64,000 bases of DNA from Candidatus Heimdallarchaeota archaeon (GCA_030603365.1 JAUVXV010000001.1:637037-701036); one strand, 5' to 3'. Positions 19,563-30,076 are shown, counted from the stretch's first letter. Notes: generated from the sequence alone by a model not told the origin. Translations and numbers: made by a program.

Positions 19563-20138
19563 GTGTCATACTTCATATTTCTCTTTGAAAGCATATTCAA
19601 ATTAACAATCTTTTTAATGAAAACAACAAGGTTCTCAATGGAGATACTTTTGGATATGAATAATGTGCCTATAGCCAGTATTGATGAAAATGGGAAGGTT
19701 ACTATTCTTAGGCATATCTACTTTAAATGCACACTTTGTTCTGACTGTTGTAGATTAAACAATATTCCAGCTACTGACAGGGACATGGTGAGGATACTGG
19801 ATGCTGGAATTGCAGTAGGCCAAGCTGTTGAAGAAATGAGTCCTGTTTTGATAGCAAGTAAAGATTTGGAAAAAGGGTTAGTAAAAGCATATATTCTGCG
19901 AAAAAAACCTTTTGTTAACGAATGTGCATTTTTAGAAGAAAGTGGACTATGTAAAATTCATCTCTTTAAACCAATAGCTTGTGATCTGTATCCCTTTTCT
20001 GTTAGGAAGAATGATAATTGTCTCTTAGCTACAGTTCATCCTAAAAATGTTTGTAGATTCATTGAATTGGATGTTGAGAAAAATAGATCGAACACTCTAG
20101 AAATTGTTGAAGACTTATTAGCCAAACTTTTCGATTAG
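19563..20138 (+). CDS. YkgJ/CxxCxxCC cysteine-cluster protein
   Basis: FKCTLCSDCC, CAFL...CKIH..KPIACDLYPF; start probably a downstream Met. Confidence 0.88.
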   Translation: MSYFIFLFESIFKLTIFLMKTTRFSMEILLDMNNVPIASIDENGKVTILRHIYFKCTLCSDCCRLNNIPATDRDMVRILDAGIAVGQAVEEMSPVLIASKDLEKGLVKAYILRKKPFVNECAFLEESGLCKIHLFKPIACDLYPFSVRKNDNCLLATVHPKNVCRFIELDVEKNRSNTLEIVEDLLAKLFD

Positions 20139-20191
20139 AATCATACAACCGAATGAGAAACCTTATCATATCTAGTTAACATTTCACCTTC

Positions 20192-21562
20192 ATGAGCTTG
20201 TTTAAAACAAACTTCATGAAGCTGGTTGAAGCATATCTACAAGATAAAGGTTTCAAAATTGAAATGTGCAATATTTACACTCGAAATGTAGATTTTTACG
20301 AGAGTTACAAAAGAGTAATTATGTGTGCTTACAAAGATGATTTATTACTTTGTATTCGAGCAAGAAGTGGAGAGGCTTCAGACCCATTTAAGGGTACAGA
20401 CGAGCAGGTAGAGTTGAAATTACAAGAACCTGCTTTGAAATTATTAAGTTGTGTTCTAGCTCTGAATTCTGGTATTGATTCAATTTACTGTGATAAATTC
20501 AAAAACATGAAGGCTGTGCCAGTTATTATCATGGAAAAATCCTCAAGAAATCACCCTCTCTATTACTACTTTGATGGTGATGCTAGGGAATCAAAAGTTT
20601 GGTATAAAAAGAAGAATGTAGTATATTTACCTTGGGAATGGATAAAAGAATTCTGGAATGAGGATTTTGAGATGTCTCTCATGGATCAAGGATATGAAGT
20701 AAAAGAACCACTAATTTACGAACCAGAACCACATATTAAACAAGCAGTAAATGAAATTGAGGATACACTTGCTTCTAGAAGAATAGGGATTTTGAAATCC
20801 GTTCATCTAGACAAACCTACTCTTCCACCTATGGCATTAACATTAACACAAACTAATCAAATGTTAATCTTCGTTGTAGATGAAGAAGATGATGATGTTC
20901 ATCCTAAACTAATGGACTTTGCAGTATATCACTTTGGAACAAAAACCAAGAAGTTTCCAACAACTGTAAGAGCTCTTTTCTTCAATATAATAAGTAAAGA
21001 TACTGATCAGAGTTATCTTCAACCTTATGTTCCAAAGGATAATGAATTTGTAAAGAAACACTTTGAGCACTCTATTGTGATAAAAACTACAACTAAAGCT
21101 ATAGAACTTCTTCTGGATGTTGCAACTATTGAAGAGATCTCTGCTTTATCTCAAATGAGCCCAATTTCAAGTATGGATTTTGATTCACTCCTAAAAACAT
21201 CAAATGGCTATTGGTTCTCCAAAGTATTTAATGAAGCAAAAAAACGATTGAAATCCTTCTTTGTTCCTAAATGCCCATTTTGTGAAAACACAAATATAAA
21301 CCATGAAGTGCCAGAACATGTCCTTCCTAAACTTAACTTGAACATAGAATTGAATAAAGAAAATTCATATGTTGCATTTTGTGATGACAAAAGAAGTGGT
21401 TGTGGTTTGGGATTCATAATTATAAAGGATAAGTTCCAGGGAGGAGTACATGGATTCTTTGTTGGAGTAGAACAGCAGTACTCACATGAAGTAGGAAATG
21501 CTAAATCAAAAATACAAGATCTAGGTCTGGATACCCATTCATTCTCTCACATAAAGAGCTAA
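20192..21562 (+). CDS. hypothetical protein with C-terminal zinc-finger-like Cys motif
   Basis: 456-aa ORF; CPFC...C...GCG. Confidence 0.6.
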   Translation: MSLFKTNFMKLVEAYLQDKGFKIEMCNIYTRNVDFYESYKRVIMCAYKDDLLLCIRARSGEASDPFKGTDEQVELKLQEPALKLLSCVLALNSGIDSIYCDKFKNMKAVPVIIMEKSSRNHPLYYYFDGDARESKVWYKKKNVVYLPWEWIKEFWNEDFEMSLMDQGYEVKEPLIYEPEPHIKQAVNEIEDTLASRRIGILKSVHLDKPTLPPMALTLTQTNQMLIFVVDEEDDDVHPKLMDFAVYHFGTKTKKFPTTVRALFFNIISKDTDQSYLQPYVPKDNEFVKKHFEHSIVIKTTTKAIELLLDVATIEEISALSQMSPISSMDFDSLLKTSNGYWFSKVFNEAKKRLKSFFVPKCPFCENTNINHEVPEHVLPKLNLNIELNKENSYVAFCDDKRSGCGLGFIIIKDKFQGGVHGFFVGVEQQYSHEVGNAKSKIQDLGLDTHSFSHIKS

Positions 21563-21951
21563 TCAACTGGAATAAATTTGAAACCGTATTTTATTAATCC
21601 TTCAGTGCCATCTTTGGATAGAACTCTGAGTACCATTCTAACAGGCATACCAATTTCAATAAGACTATAATCTATATCCACTATTTGTCCAGTAACTTTA
21701 ATCCCATCTTCAAGTTCTATTATTCCAATAGCATAAGGCACATTTGCCATCATATCATTTGATGTCTGATTCACTTGGGTGAATTGAATTATTCTACCTT
21801 TTTCTGCTAATTTGTACTCTTGAACATTTCCACTTCCACAGCTGGGACAAAAGCTTGTTAATGGAAACGCTTTGTAATCGCAATCTAAACATTTAACGCC
21901 AATACCAAGGTATCTTTGTCTTTTCTCTCTCCATATTTTTGGTGGCTCCAT
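21559..21951 (-). CDS. DUF35 Zn-ribbon/OB-fold scaffold protein
   Basis: KCLDC...CPSCG, PYAIGIIELEDG, GLIKYGFKF; operon with thiolase and HMGS. Confidence 0.92.
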   Translation of the reverse strand: MEPPKIWREKRQRYLGIGVKCLDCDYKAFPLTSFCPSCGSGNVQEYKLAEKGRIIQFTQVNQTSNDMMANVPYAIGIIELEDGIKVTGQIVDIDYSLIEIGMPVRMVLRVLSKDGTEGLIKYGFKFIPVD

Positions 21952-23132
21952 TATTTCTTAACCTCCTTTTTACCAAAAACATTCACGTAAGCCATAGCTC
22001 CTGTTCCAAGAACATTCTGTGTTAATCCAAAATTATGATCATCAACTTGACGTTTATCTGCTTGACCTGTTAACTGTTCCACTATCTCAATGATTTGAGC
22101 AATCCCTGTTGCTCCAAAAGGATCTCCTCTAGATTTGAGACCACCACTGGTATTTATGCTTACTTCAGAATTGATTTTGGTTTTTCCTTCTTCAACAGCT
22201 AATCCTCCTTCTCCCTTTGGAAAGAAACCCAAATCCTCTATAGCTAAAATCTCACCTATTGGATAGGAATCATGAACCTCTGCAACATTGATATCAGCTG
22301 AAGAAATACCAGCCATATCATATGCATTCTTTGCAGCTATTTGTGTAGCGCTTAAAGCTGTTAGACTCTCTCGGTGGTGTAAAGCTAGATGATCAGACGC
22401 ATGACCTAAACCTAGAACTTCTGTTAAATCGTTAGATTTCAGATTGTTTGAAACAAATTCTGATGAAGCAAGTATTAGAGCACTAGCCCCATCACAATGA
22501 GTAGCAGGATCAAATCGACCGATAGGTTCTGATATTCGTTTTGCACTTAGAAATCGTTCTAATGGAATTTCTTTTTGAAATTGGGCATTTTTATTATTTA
22601 CACCATTTCTATGATTCTTCTCAGGAACTAAGGCAAGTTGTTCCAGTGTGGTTTGGTATTCTTTCATATGAGCTTTTGTTAGAAGGGCATACAGACTTGT
22701 TAAAGTTGCACCCATTTCGAATTCCCATGAGTAATCTATTGTTGTTCCAAGTATTTTTTCAATAGTGCTACTATTTACAAAATCACTTAGTTTTTCCACT
22801 CCTACAACTGCTATGCAATCGAACAAACCACTTCTGATACCTTGAAAGGCTTGCTGGAAAGCTGCAGCTCCACTAGCTGTTCCAGCTTCTATTCTGGTTA
22901 GTGGGATTGATAAATTACATTCTCTAATACAAGAAGCTCCTACAGAAGCTTGAGAATTTGTGTTTGTAACTAAAGATCCAAAGAAAATTGATTGAATGAG
23001 CTCTTTCTCAAGTTGTGCATTTGTGACAGTTTCCATAAGAGCTTGAGATGCTAAAGAGCTAGGACTCTTGTCAAAATGTTCTCCGAATTTTGTCATCCCG
23101 TGACCTATGATAAATACATCTTCATTGTTCAT
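21951..23132 (-). CDS. thiolase-family protein (acetoacetyl-CoA thiolase-like, catalytic residues altered)
   Basis: GMTKFGE, CDGASA, AEVHDSY, INTSGGLKSRG; EAGTASG and GDP replace the usual EAACASG and GHP. Confidence 0.88.
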   Translation of the reverse strand: MNNEDVFIIGHGMTKFGEHFDKSPSSLASQALMETVTNAQLEKELIQSIFFGSLVTNTNSQASVGASCIRECNLSIPLTRIEAGTASGAAAFQQAFQGIRSGLFDCIAVVGVEKLSDFVNSSTIEKILGTTIDYSWEFEMGATLTSLYALLTKAHMKEYQTTLEQLALVPEKNHRNGVNNKNAQFQKEIPLERFLSAKRISEPIGRFDPATHCDGASALILASSEFVSNNLKSNDLTEVLGLGHASDHLALHHRESLTALSATQIAAKNAYDMAGISSADINVAEVHDSYPIGEILAIEDLGFFPKGEGGLAVEEGKTKINSEVSINTSGGLKSRGDPFGATGIAQIIEIVEQLTGQADKRQVDDHNFGLTQNVLGTGAMAYVNVFGKKEVKK

Positions 23133-23136
23133 CTTA

Positions 23137-24183
23137 TCACCTTAACACTCCTTTGAATCTAACATAAACACCATAATCGATGTACTTCTTTCTATTCACA
23201 TAATAATCAACATTGAGAGGATAAGATTTCACTTCTTCAATCATATCAGTTACCAAAAATGAGAATGCATCACTTCCTGCTCCACTTCCATAAGAAGTAA
23301 CAAATATCCTATCTCCTGGACTAGAATAATTTAATATATTTGCTAAACCTATCATTGAAGATGCAGAATAAGCATTTCCAATTTCTTTGCATACTAAACT
23401 TAAATCAATTTGCTCTTTAGAAAAACCTAGCATTCGAGCTGCAGATAATGGGAATTTAGTGTTGGGTTGATGAAACGTGACATACTTGTAATCACTAGGT
23501 CTTGATCCAAGTTGTTCCATTAATTTTTTAGAAGCTTCGATAACATGCTTGAAATAAGCAGGAGATCCTGTGAATCTATTACCGTGAGATGGATAAATTG
23601 CTCCTTCTCTTCGCCAAAAATCTGGCATATCAGTAGTTAGTGAATAAGTTCCTTCCAACTCAGCTATTACTCTTTTTTTTCCAATTAGAAAAGCTGCACT
23701 TCCTGCACCCGCAGTGTACTCCAAAGGATCCCTAGGACGAGCTTGACTGCTGTCAGCACCTATAGCTAGTCCATATTCAATCATATCAGATTTGGCTAAA
23801 CCAAAACACATTTGCATTCCCGCAGTCCCTGCTTTGCAAGCAAATTCCAAATCGGCTGCAGTTAGAGATTCTTCAGCATCTAAGGCAGCTGCAACAAAAG
23901 TAGCTGTAGGTTTAACAGCATAGGGGTGTGATTCACTCCCCACATAGATTGCCCCAATATCTTTAACATTACCCCCCCATCTATTGATTGCATTTCGAGC
24001 AGATTCAACAGACATGGTTATTACATCTTCATCAGGACCAGGAACAGATTTACTATTAACTTGAAGCTGATTTACTATCTCTTTTGAATCCTCTTCCCAA
24101 ACCTTTGCGATTTCTTCAGTTTTTATCCTATATTTTGGAATGTAAGAACCATAGGATACTATTCCCACTTTGCTCATTTTCAT
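23137..24183 (-). CDS. hmgB: archaeal HMG-CoA synthase
   Basis: GSESHPYAVKP, EFACKAGT, HQPN, SYGSGAGSD. Confidence 0.95.
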   Translation of the reverse strand: MKMSKVGIVSYGSYIPKYRIKTEEIAKVWEEDSKEIVNQLQVNSKSVPGPDEDVITMSVESARNAINRWGGNVKDIGAIYVGSESHPYAVKPTATFVAAALDAEESLTAADLEFACKAGTAGMQMCFGLAKSDMIEYGLAIGADSSQARPRDPLEYTAGAGSAAFLIGKKRVIAELEGTYSLTTDMPDFWRREGAIYPSHGNRFTGSPAYFKHVIEASKKLMEQLGSRPSDYKYVTFHQPNTKFPLSAARMLGFSKEQIDLSLVCKEIGNAYSASSMIGLANILNYSSPGDRIFVTSYGSGAGSDAFSFLVTDMIEEVKSYPLNVDYYVNRKKYIDYGVYVRFKGVLR

Positions 24184-24306
24184 ACCTTGATGGAATCAAT
24201 TTATCGATGTAATAGAAGTAATATTGAAGCTAAATTATCTCCTTTTAGAACAAGTATTAATCACACCTAATTAAAATTTTCTACCCAAATATGGATGAAA
24301 AAATAA

Positions 24307-24990
24307 TCAGTCGTTGTTTCCATTTTCAATGTTCTTTGGTACTTTAGAAATAATAACTCTAGCAGGTTTAAGCACAATGCTATCTAAGAGAAATCCTTTT
24401 TCTACCACTTCTATAATTCTGTTGTCAGGTAATTCTTTATTGTCAAGTGTATAAAGAACCTCATGATGTTTAGGGTCAAAAATCTCGTCTTGTGGATTAA
24501 TAATCTTAATCCCTAAATCGGTGAAAATATCTTTTATATTTCTAAATATCAGTTTAAACGCTTCACTAGCAGTTTTAATGTCAGTTTCTTTAGTATTCTG
24601 TAAGTGAGTTCTCTCTATGTCTTCATAGATTGTGAAAAATTTTTGTAAGATATTTGCTTTGTTCCTGTAATTTGCGACTTCTTGATCTTTATGAACTCTT
24701 TTCTTATAGTTCTCAAATTCTGCTTGAACCAATTGAGCAGTATGAAGGTATTCTTCCTTCAATTTAATTTCAGAAGCTAGTGATTTTGAAATTTTTTGAT
24801 ATTTCTTAACAAGAGGATTTATCTTACCTTTGTCAATTAACTTGATTATTTCATCTTCGATTCTTTTCCTTTCTACTTCTTCTGGATCAATCTCTATTTC
24901 CTCTGTAAGAAAAGCATCTTCTGAATCTTCTTCAACGTCAACTTCAATTATCTCTTCTTCTTCGACTGGGTCACTACTCTCCTTGTACAT
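24307..24990 (-). CDS. grpE: nucleotide exchange factor GrpE
   Basis: QAEFENYKKR, FDPKHHE, KGF...LKPARV. Confidence 0.93.
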   Translation of the reverse strand: MYKESSDPVEEEEIIEVDVEEDSEDAFLTEEIEIDPEEVERKRIEDEIIKLIDKGKINPLVKKYQKISKSLASEIKLKEEYLHTAQLVQAEFENYKKRVHKDQEVANYRNKANILQKFFTIYEDIERTHLQNTKETDIKTASEAFKLIFRNIKDIFTDLGIKIINPQDEIFDPKHHEVLYTLDNKELPDNRIIEVVEKGFLLDSIVLKPARVIISKVPKNIENGNND

Positions 24991-25204
24991 GAGAAAACCT
25001 CTTGTTCTAGCTTGTCCCGCAGTCCATTTACTGACATTTAAAATCTTCTATCTATCCAATTAAATTTAGACTAACACAAAGAGAATAAAATTAAAACTTG
25101 ATGGATGTAAATGTTTAAGTACAAATTTATTTGGCGTTTCACATCTGTATAGGAGTCAATTGTAAGACTCTTTCAAATTAAAAAAATTCAAAAGAGGAAA
25201 CAAA

Positions 25205-26425
25205 ATGCATGAAAAAGTAGGAAAGAATCCATCGAAAAATAAAGAGGAAATTAAGAGGTTAATTAAAAAACTACATGCTGGTGAAGACCCCGAAGCTGTT
25301 AAGGAAGAATTTAAGGAATTAATTAAAGGATTAACCCAAGCAGAAATCACTCAAGCAGAAGAACAGCTTATTAAAGAAGGCATGCCTGTAGAGGAGATAC
25401 ATCACATGTGTGATGTTCATTTATCCGTGTTACAAGAAACATTGATTGAAGACCAGAATCTAGCTCCAGAGGGTCATCCAATTAACATCCTAATGCAGGA
25501 ACATGTTATATTATTAGAAAATGTTAATAGGCTTAGAGATATCTATGCAGATATAAAAGAAAAAAGTAGTTTTGAAGAAGTTTCTGATGAAATACAAGAG
25601 ATAGAAAACATCATTCAGTTGATTAAGAAATCCGAAAATCATTATTTAAGAGAAGAAAATGTTCTATTTTCCTACTTAGAAAAATACGGCGTTACTCAAC
25701 CTCCAAAAATTATGTGGATCGATCATGATCGAATTAGAGATGTTGAGAAAGAGTTATTCAAACTAATCGATAAAAAGGGTAAAATGAACTATAATGAATT
25801 CGTTTCGCAATTTCATCTTAATGCTCATGGTTTAGCTGAACTGTTAGCAGGTCATTTCCCAAAGGAAAACAAAGTTCTATTTCCAACTGCCATGCAACTA
25901 TTAAAAGAATCTGAATGGAAAGAAGTAAGAAAGCAATTTGATGATATTGGATATTTCCTCCTAACTCCAGATATTGTTGAAACTGATGAAGAGAAGTTAG
26001 TGGAAGAACCCAAAATTCTAGATGCAAAAAATGTAGATTTAGGCACTGGTGTTCTTCAATTAGAAGTGCTTCAACAAATCTTCAAAACTCTCCCATTTGA
26101 CACTACATTTGTAGATAAGGATGATATTGTAAGATTCTATAGTGAAGGAAAGGATAGAATTTTTGTGAGGACTCCCAGTGTTATTGGTAGACTTGTTGAA
26201 AATTGCCACCCTAGCAAAAGCGTAGATAGAGTTTTGGCAATAATAGATAGTTTCAAGAAGAACACACTAGATAAAGCTGAATTCTGGTTAGAACTTGGAG
26301 ATAAGATGGTTATGATTAGATACTTCCCCGTGAGAAACTCTAAGGAAGAATATTTGGGAGTTCTTGAAGTTACACAAGATATAACAGAAATTAGAAAGAT
26401 TGAAGGTGAGAAACGCTTACTCTAA
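25205..26425 (+). CDS. DUF438/hemerythrin/PAS domain protein
   Basis: LHAGED, MCDVH, GHPI..LMQEH, HYLREEN.LF, CHPSKS, YLGVLEVTQD. Confidence 0.9.
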   Translation: MHEKVGKNPSKNKEEIKRLIKKLHAGEDPEAVKEEFKELIKGLTQAEITQAEEQLIKEGMPVEEIHHMCDVHLSVLQETLIEDQNLAPEGHPINILMQEHVILLENVNRLRDIYADIKEKSSFEEVSDEIQEIENIIQLIKKSENHYLREENVLFSYLEKYGVTQPPKIMWIDHDRIRDVEKELFKLIDKKGKMNYNEFVSQFHLNAHGLAELLAGHFPKENKVLFPTAMQLLKESEWKEVRKQFDDIGYFLLTPDIVETDEEKLVEEPKILDAKNVDLGTGVLQLEVLQQIFKTLPFDTTFVDKDDIVRFYSEGKDRIFVRTPSVIGRLVENCHPSKSVDRVLAIIDSFKKNTLDKAEFWLELGDKMVMIRYFPVRNSKEEYLGVLEVTQDITEIRKIEGEKRLL

Positions 26426-26484
26426 TTCCTCTTTCCTTTCATATTTCAACCACTGGTTTTTTAAAGCTTCAATTTCTATAATGT

Positions 26485-26558
26485 TTGGCCAGAGCTTATC
26501 ATAGACCTCTCTGAGTAATGTTATGGCTAACAGTGATGAGAGTGTGCTCTCTGGCCAA
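26485..26558 (+). ncRNA. putative K-turn-containing hairpin RNA (sRNA or 5' leader)
   Basis: 10-bp terminal IR TTGGCCAGAG/CTCTGGCCAA; CTGA (26511) and GTGATGA (26533) boxes facing each other; TTTAAA ~20 nt upstream. Confidence 0.55.
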
Positions 26559-26576
26559 TTATTACAGGTGAGTGAT

Positions 26577-27188
26577 ATGAAAATAATTGTACTCTCTGGA
26601 TTACCTTTGAGTGGAAAAACAACCTATGCAAAGATAATAGGTCCAAAATATAACATGCCATTGTACGAAACTGGAACTGAAGTTTTAGAAGAAGTAACTG
26701 GAAGAGGTTTGGATTTTACTCCTGCCAATATTAAATTAGTAACTGATGAATGCAAGAAAATATCTGATAGTTTCTTTACTGAAAGATTGATGAAAAAAAT
26801 AGATATACTTCCAGATGATGTTCCTGGAGTTTTTATTTCAGGAATTCGTGCTGTATCTGAAGTTGAAATTCTCAGGAAACAGTATGGAAATGATAATGTT
26901 TCTGTGATTGCTTTTCATACATCAATGAAAACCCGGTTTAAACGGTTAAATAATCCTGATAGAATTGAAGAAACAAAAGGAGCTAAAGCTAAAGAAGATG
27001 AATTGTTAAGAAATTTTGATAATTTCCTTGCTAGAAACAAAAAAGAATTAGGTTATGGCGTTGGAGATGTTATTGCTCTTGCTGAATATGTGATGAGCAC
27101 TGAAAATGAACTCTGGCCACATGTTTCTATGAAAATTAATACTGAAAGTTTTGAGACAATTCTCAGAGAGATATTGAATCTTGATTAG
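26577..27188 (+). CDS. P-loop kinase, archaeal dephospho-CoA kinase-like (UPF0200)
   Basis: IVLSGLPLSGKT, ISGIR...E, RFKRL, ELGYGVGDVIALAEY; AGGTGA RBS favours ATG 26577 over 26523. Confidence 0.8.
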   Translation: MKIIVLSGLPLSGKTTYAKIIGPKYNMPLYETGTEVLEEVTGRGLDFTPANIKLVTDECKKISDSFFTERLMKKIDILPDDVPGVFISGIRAVSEVEILRKQYGNDNVSVIAFHTSMKTRFKRLNNPDRIEETKGAKAKEDELLRNFDNFLARNKKELGYGVGDVIALAEYVMSTENELWPHVSMKINTESFETILREILNLD

Positions 27189-27250
27189 TAAATCAATATC
27201 ACTTCTCGTTTTTTGATTTTCTTCTTTATCAAGGAAATAAATAACTTTAT

Positions 27251-28246
27251 TTGTTTCAGAATCCAATAGATTCTGTAAGGTGTAAGATAATGGTTTTCAA
27301 CCCATATGATAATGATGATTCAAAAGATGATCCTAAGAAAGCAAAATTAAGAAATCAAGCACAACAAGATTTTATTTCACAGCTTCAACAAAGAATAGCA
27401 AATCAGTCTAACAAAATTGAAGAATTACAGATGGAAATATCCAAGTTAAACGAAATGTTACTCGTTAAGAATCAAGAAATTGAGAACTACTCATTTAAGA
27501 TGCAAGAAGAGAGAGAGTTTTTTGAACAAGATAAAAAAGCACGAAGTGATAGGGAGTATGAACTTACAAAACAGCTTCAAAAAAAGGATATTGAGTTGAA
27601 GAAAAGCCAAGAGGAATCGAGTGCTTCTTATCCCCCTACTCCAGCTTCAACTGAACCAGAAGAAAAACCCCAGATCTCAGAAGATAAAACCTCACAGGTT
27701 GATAACTATTTGGAAACCTTAATGGCATATTATAAGAAACCCACTAACGATGTTTTCCTAAATTCATTAAGGGATATGATAGTTCATTGCAGTATTAATG
27801 GAACTGTTGATCAGCAAATTTTGGGTTCTCTTCTTAAAGCTGAAAAACCGCTGACTGAAGAAGAACTGAAACAGAAATTAAGTAAAGAACCTCAGCAAAT
27901 TAGTAGAGCAATATTCAGATTAGAGCAAAAGAATCATATTAAGAAAGTTGGTAGAGGTTATTCTGCTATTTCTTCAGAATTTGCAGAAATGACAGATATT
28001 TCAACTAATTGGAAAAGTCTTACAGATGAAAGAATATATGAAAATCTTCTTTCGGTTGTCTATGTTGAATCCAATAATATTGAACTAATTAAAGCCTTTA
28101 CAAAAGCAAGAGATGCTTTGATGGAAATGGAAGCTCTTTCAACTATCAAAAGACATGAAATGAGTCAGATGATTGAAAAACTAAAAAGACATCCATTTAC
28201 AAGTGAAGAACTTACCAATAAAATTCTTGAATGGAAAGAATCTTAG
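27251..28246 (+). CDS. coiled-coil protein with winged-helix domain
   Basis: N-terminal heptads; PLTEEEL...ISRAIFRLEQKNHIKK; probable start at Met 27289. Confidence 0.65.
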   Translation: MFQNPIDSVRCKIMVFNPYDNDDSKDDPKKAKLRNQAQQDFISQLQQRIANQSNKIEELQMEISKLNEMLLVKNQEIENYSFKMQEEREFFEQDKKARSDREYELTKQLQKKDIELKKSQEESSASYPPTPASTEPEEKPQISEDKTSQVDNYLETLMAYYKKPTNDVFLNSLRDMIVHCSINGTVDQQILGSLLKAEKPLTEEELKQKLSKEPQQISRAIFRLEQKNHIKKVGRGYSAISSEFAEMTDISTNWKSLTDERIYENLLSVVYVESNNIELIKAFTKARDALMEMEALSTIKRHEMSQMIEKLKRHPFTSEELTNKILEWKES

Positions 28247-30076
28247 TTAGAATATTATCTTCATTCCAAATGGTCCACGGAAGATAAATTTACCCTTTTT
28301 TTCTTCTACTTCAATAATTAAGTCAACAGGATATCCATTAATTGAAGATTCTTTCGAAATAGAAACTTTTACTAGGCCTTCATAGATTTTTATTTGTCTC
28401 CCAGGACTCACATCATAAGAAGAAAAAGGTGTATTTAGAATGAGAGCAATTCTGGGTGAAAAGTAAGGATTCTTTAATAGAATGAAAGAATACATGTTCC
28501 CTTCTTTCACATATCTTCCATTGTGATAAACATAGAACCATTCTTGCAGGAAAACATTGAGTTCATTCACGGGTATATATTCTTGTGTTACTAATCTCTG
28601 TAATTCTGTGATGTCAGCATAACTGATGACTGGTAATTCATAAACACCCAATTCTTGTAAATCCTCAATTCCTTGATAAATTTCTTCTGTACATCTTTCT
28701 TTTATAGAATAATGAAGTATTACTAACAATTCAAGAGTATCCTTTGCTAGAATCTGATCTTTCAGATTAATGGCCAGATAATGTGATTGAAGTAAGATTA
28801 ATAGTGCGAGCTCAAATTGTCTTCTTTGAAGAAGAATATAACCTATCTGAATAAGAAGAGCGATTTCATCTTTTCCATCCAAGACTGCTTTCTTATCAAT
28901 TAATCCACTTTCCATAATAGTCGAAGCCAAGATTACAGCTCTTGTGAGACGAAGTAAATCTAGCCTTTCTTGTCGTTCACATAAAAACAAAAATTTCTCT
29001 GAATAGTACCCCTTTAGTCTCTCATGATTATCGGTTACAAGAAAATAAACCATCCTAAGAAAGTGCAAATCCATAAAAATGTCTGAAACAAGTGAAGGAA
29101 ATATTGATGAGATCTCTGTTATAGTATTTAGATGTCCTTCAAGTTTCTCAAAATCTAATAAAGTGAATTCAACAATGCTTAGAAGATAAAGAATTCGAGC
29201 TTTCAGTCTTACAGATAATTCTTCAATATAACTCTCTTTTTCCATTAATGCTATTCTTAATTCTAAAGATAAATCAGATAAAATAGTGTACGCCTCTACA
29301 AGTTCAAATCTTAAAGTTTCTAGATTTCCAGTTTCTACTTTTTCTATGTAATTGGGGAACTCAAACTCTATTTCATTCATCATTTCTATTAGCATATTTT
29401 CTTCTGGAAGAGTGTGATACTGAGCTGTTTCTTGTTGAGGTGAAATTTTGTCAACCTGTGTAAACTTTTGAAGAACACTAATTGCATGTTCTTGTATTTT
29501 TTTAATTCTTGTAACAGGATCAAACATTTGACTTTTTTCTACGGAATGACGAATCTCATCAGATAGGATGATATCATGTATTTTGTCTAAAACCTCATTA
29601 TGTTCTGCTTTTAAGCATGTATTCCTTAATAGAAAAATAAAAGAAGAACTGATAAGAACAGGAACCTCAACAGATTCGCAAGTTTTCACAAGTTTTAAAT
29701 CGCTTGAAACTACAATACCATTAATTTCTTTAGCTGCGACAATGTTTGACAAATCATTAATCTGGGGAGAGGAAAGATTTTCATCTAGATTATCCTTAAA
29801 TTTTCGAACATCTTTCATTGGAACTCTAAGGATCTGAACAGGGGGTTTAATTCTTCTGCGAAGATACCAACGTATTTCTTGTAGGATGTAGTTAGTTACA
29901 TACAGTTCAATACCCATATCAGAAATAATTTCAAGAAAGATTGTGAAATCAGAGGGATTTTTCTCAAATCCACTAATGAAGAAATTGGTATCTAACACGA
30001 ATTTATTTGATTGAACACTATTAGCATTCATTCTTTCCCCTCTGTTTTCTACTTCTCCTAAGATAAGAATAAGCAA
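28247..30076 (-). CDS. PIN-domain protein with helical-repeat region and beta-rich C-terminus
   Basis: FVLDTNFFI, ILQE, NDLS, VSSDLKL. Confidence 0.75.
   Translation of the reverse strand: MLILILGEVENRGERMNANSVQSNKFVLDTNFFISGFEKNPSDFTIFLEIISDMGIELYVTNYILQEIRWYLRRRIKPPVQILRVPMKDVRKFKDNLDENLSSPQINDLSNIVAAKEINGIVVSSDLKLVKTCESVEVPVLISSSFIFLLRNTCLKAEHNEVLDKIHDIILSDEIRHSVEKSQMFDPVTRIKKIQEHAISVLQKFTQVDKISPQQETAQYHTLPEENMLIEMMNEIEFEFPNYIEKVETGNLETLRFELVEAYTILSDLSLELRIALMEKESYIEELSVRLKARILYLLSIVEFTLLDFEKLEGHLNTITEISSIFPSLVSDIFMDLHFLRMVYFLVTDNHERLKGYYSEKFLFLCERQERLDLLRLTRAVILASTIMESGLIDKKAVLDGKDEIALLIQIGYILLQRRQFELALLILLQSHYLAINLKDQILAKDTLELLVILHYSIKERCTEEIYQGIEDLQELGVYELPVISYADITELQRLVTQEYIPVNELNVFLQEWFYVYHNGRYVKEGNMYSFILLKNPYFSPRIALILNTPFSSYDVSPGRQIKIYEGLVKVSISKESSINGYPVDLIIEVEEKKGKFIFRGPFGMKIIF

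Noticed and set aside
24991-25060. CIRCE or RNA thermometer upstream of grpE
   Set aside because: No TTAGCACTC-N9-GAGTGCTAA; only a weak short hairpin.
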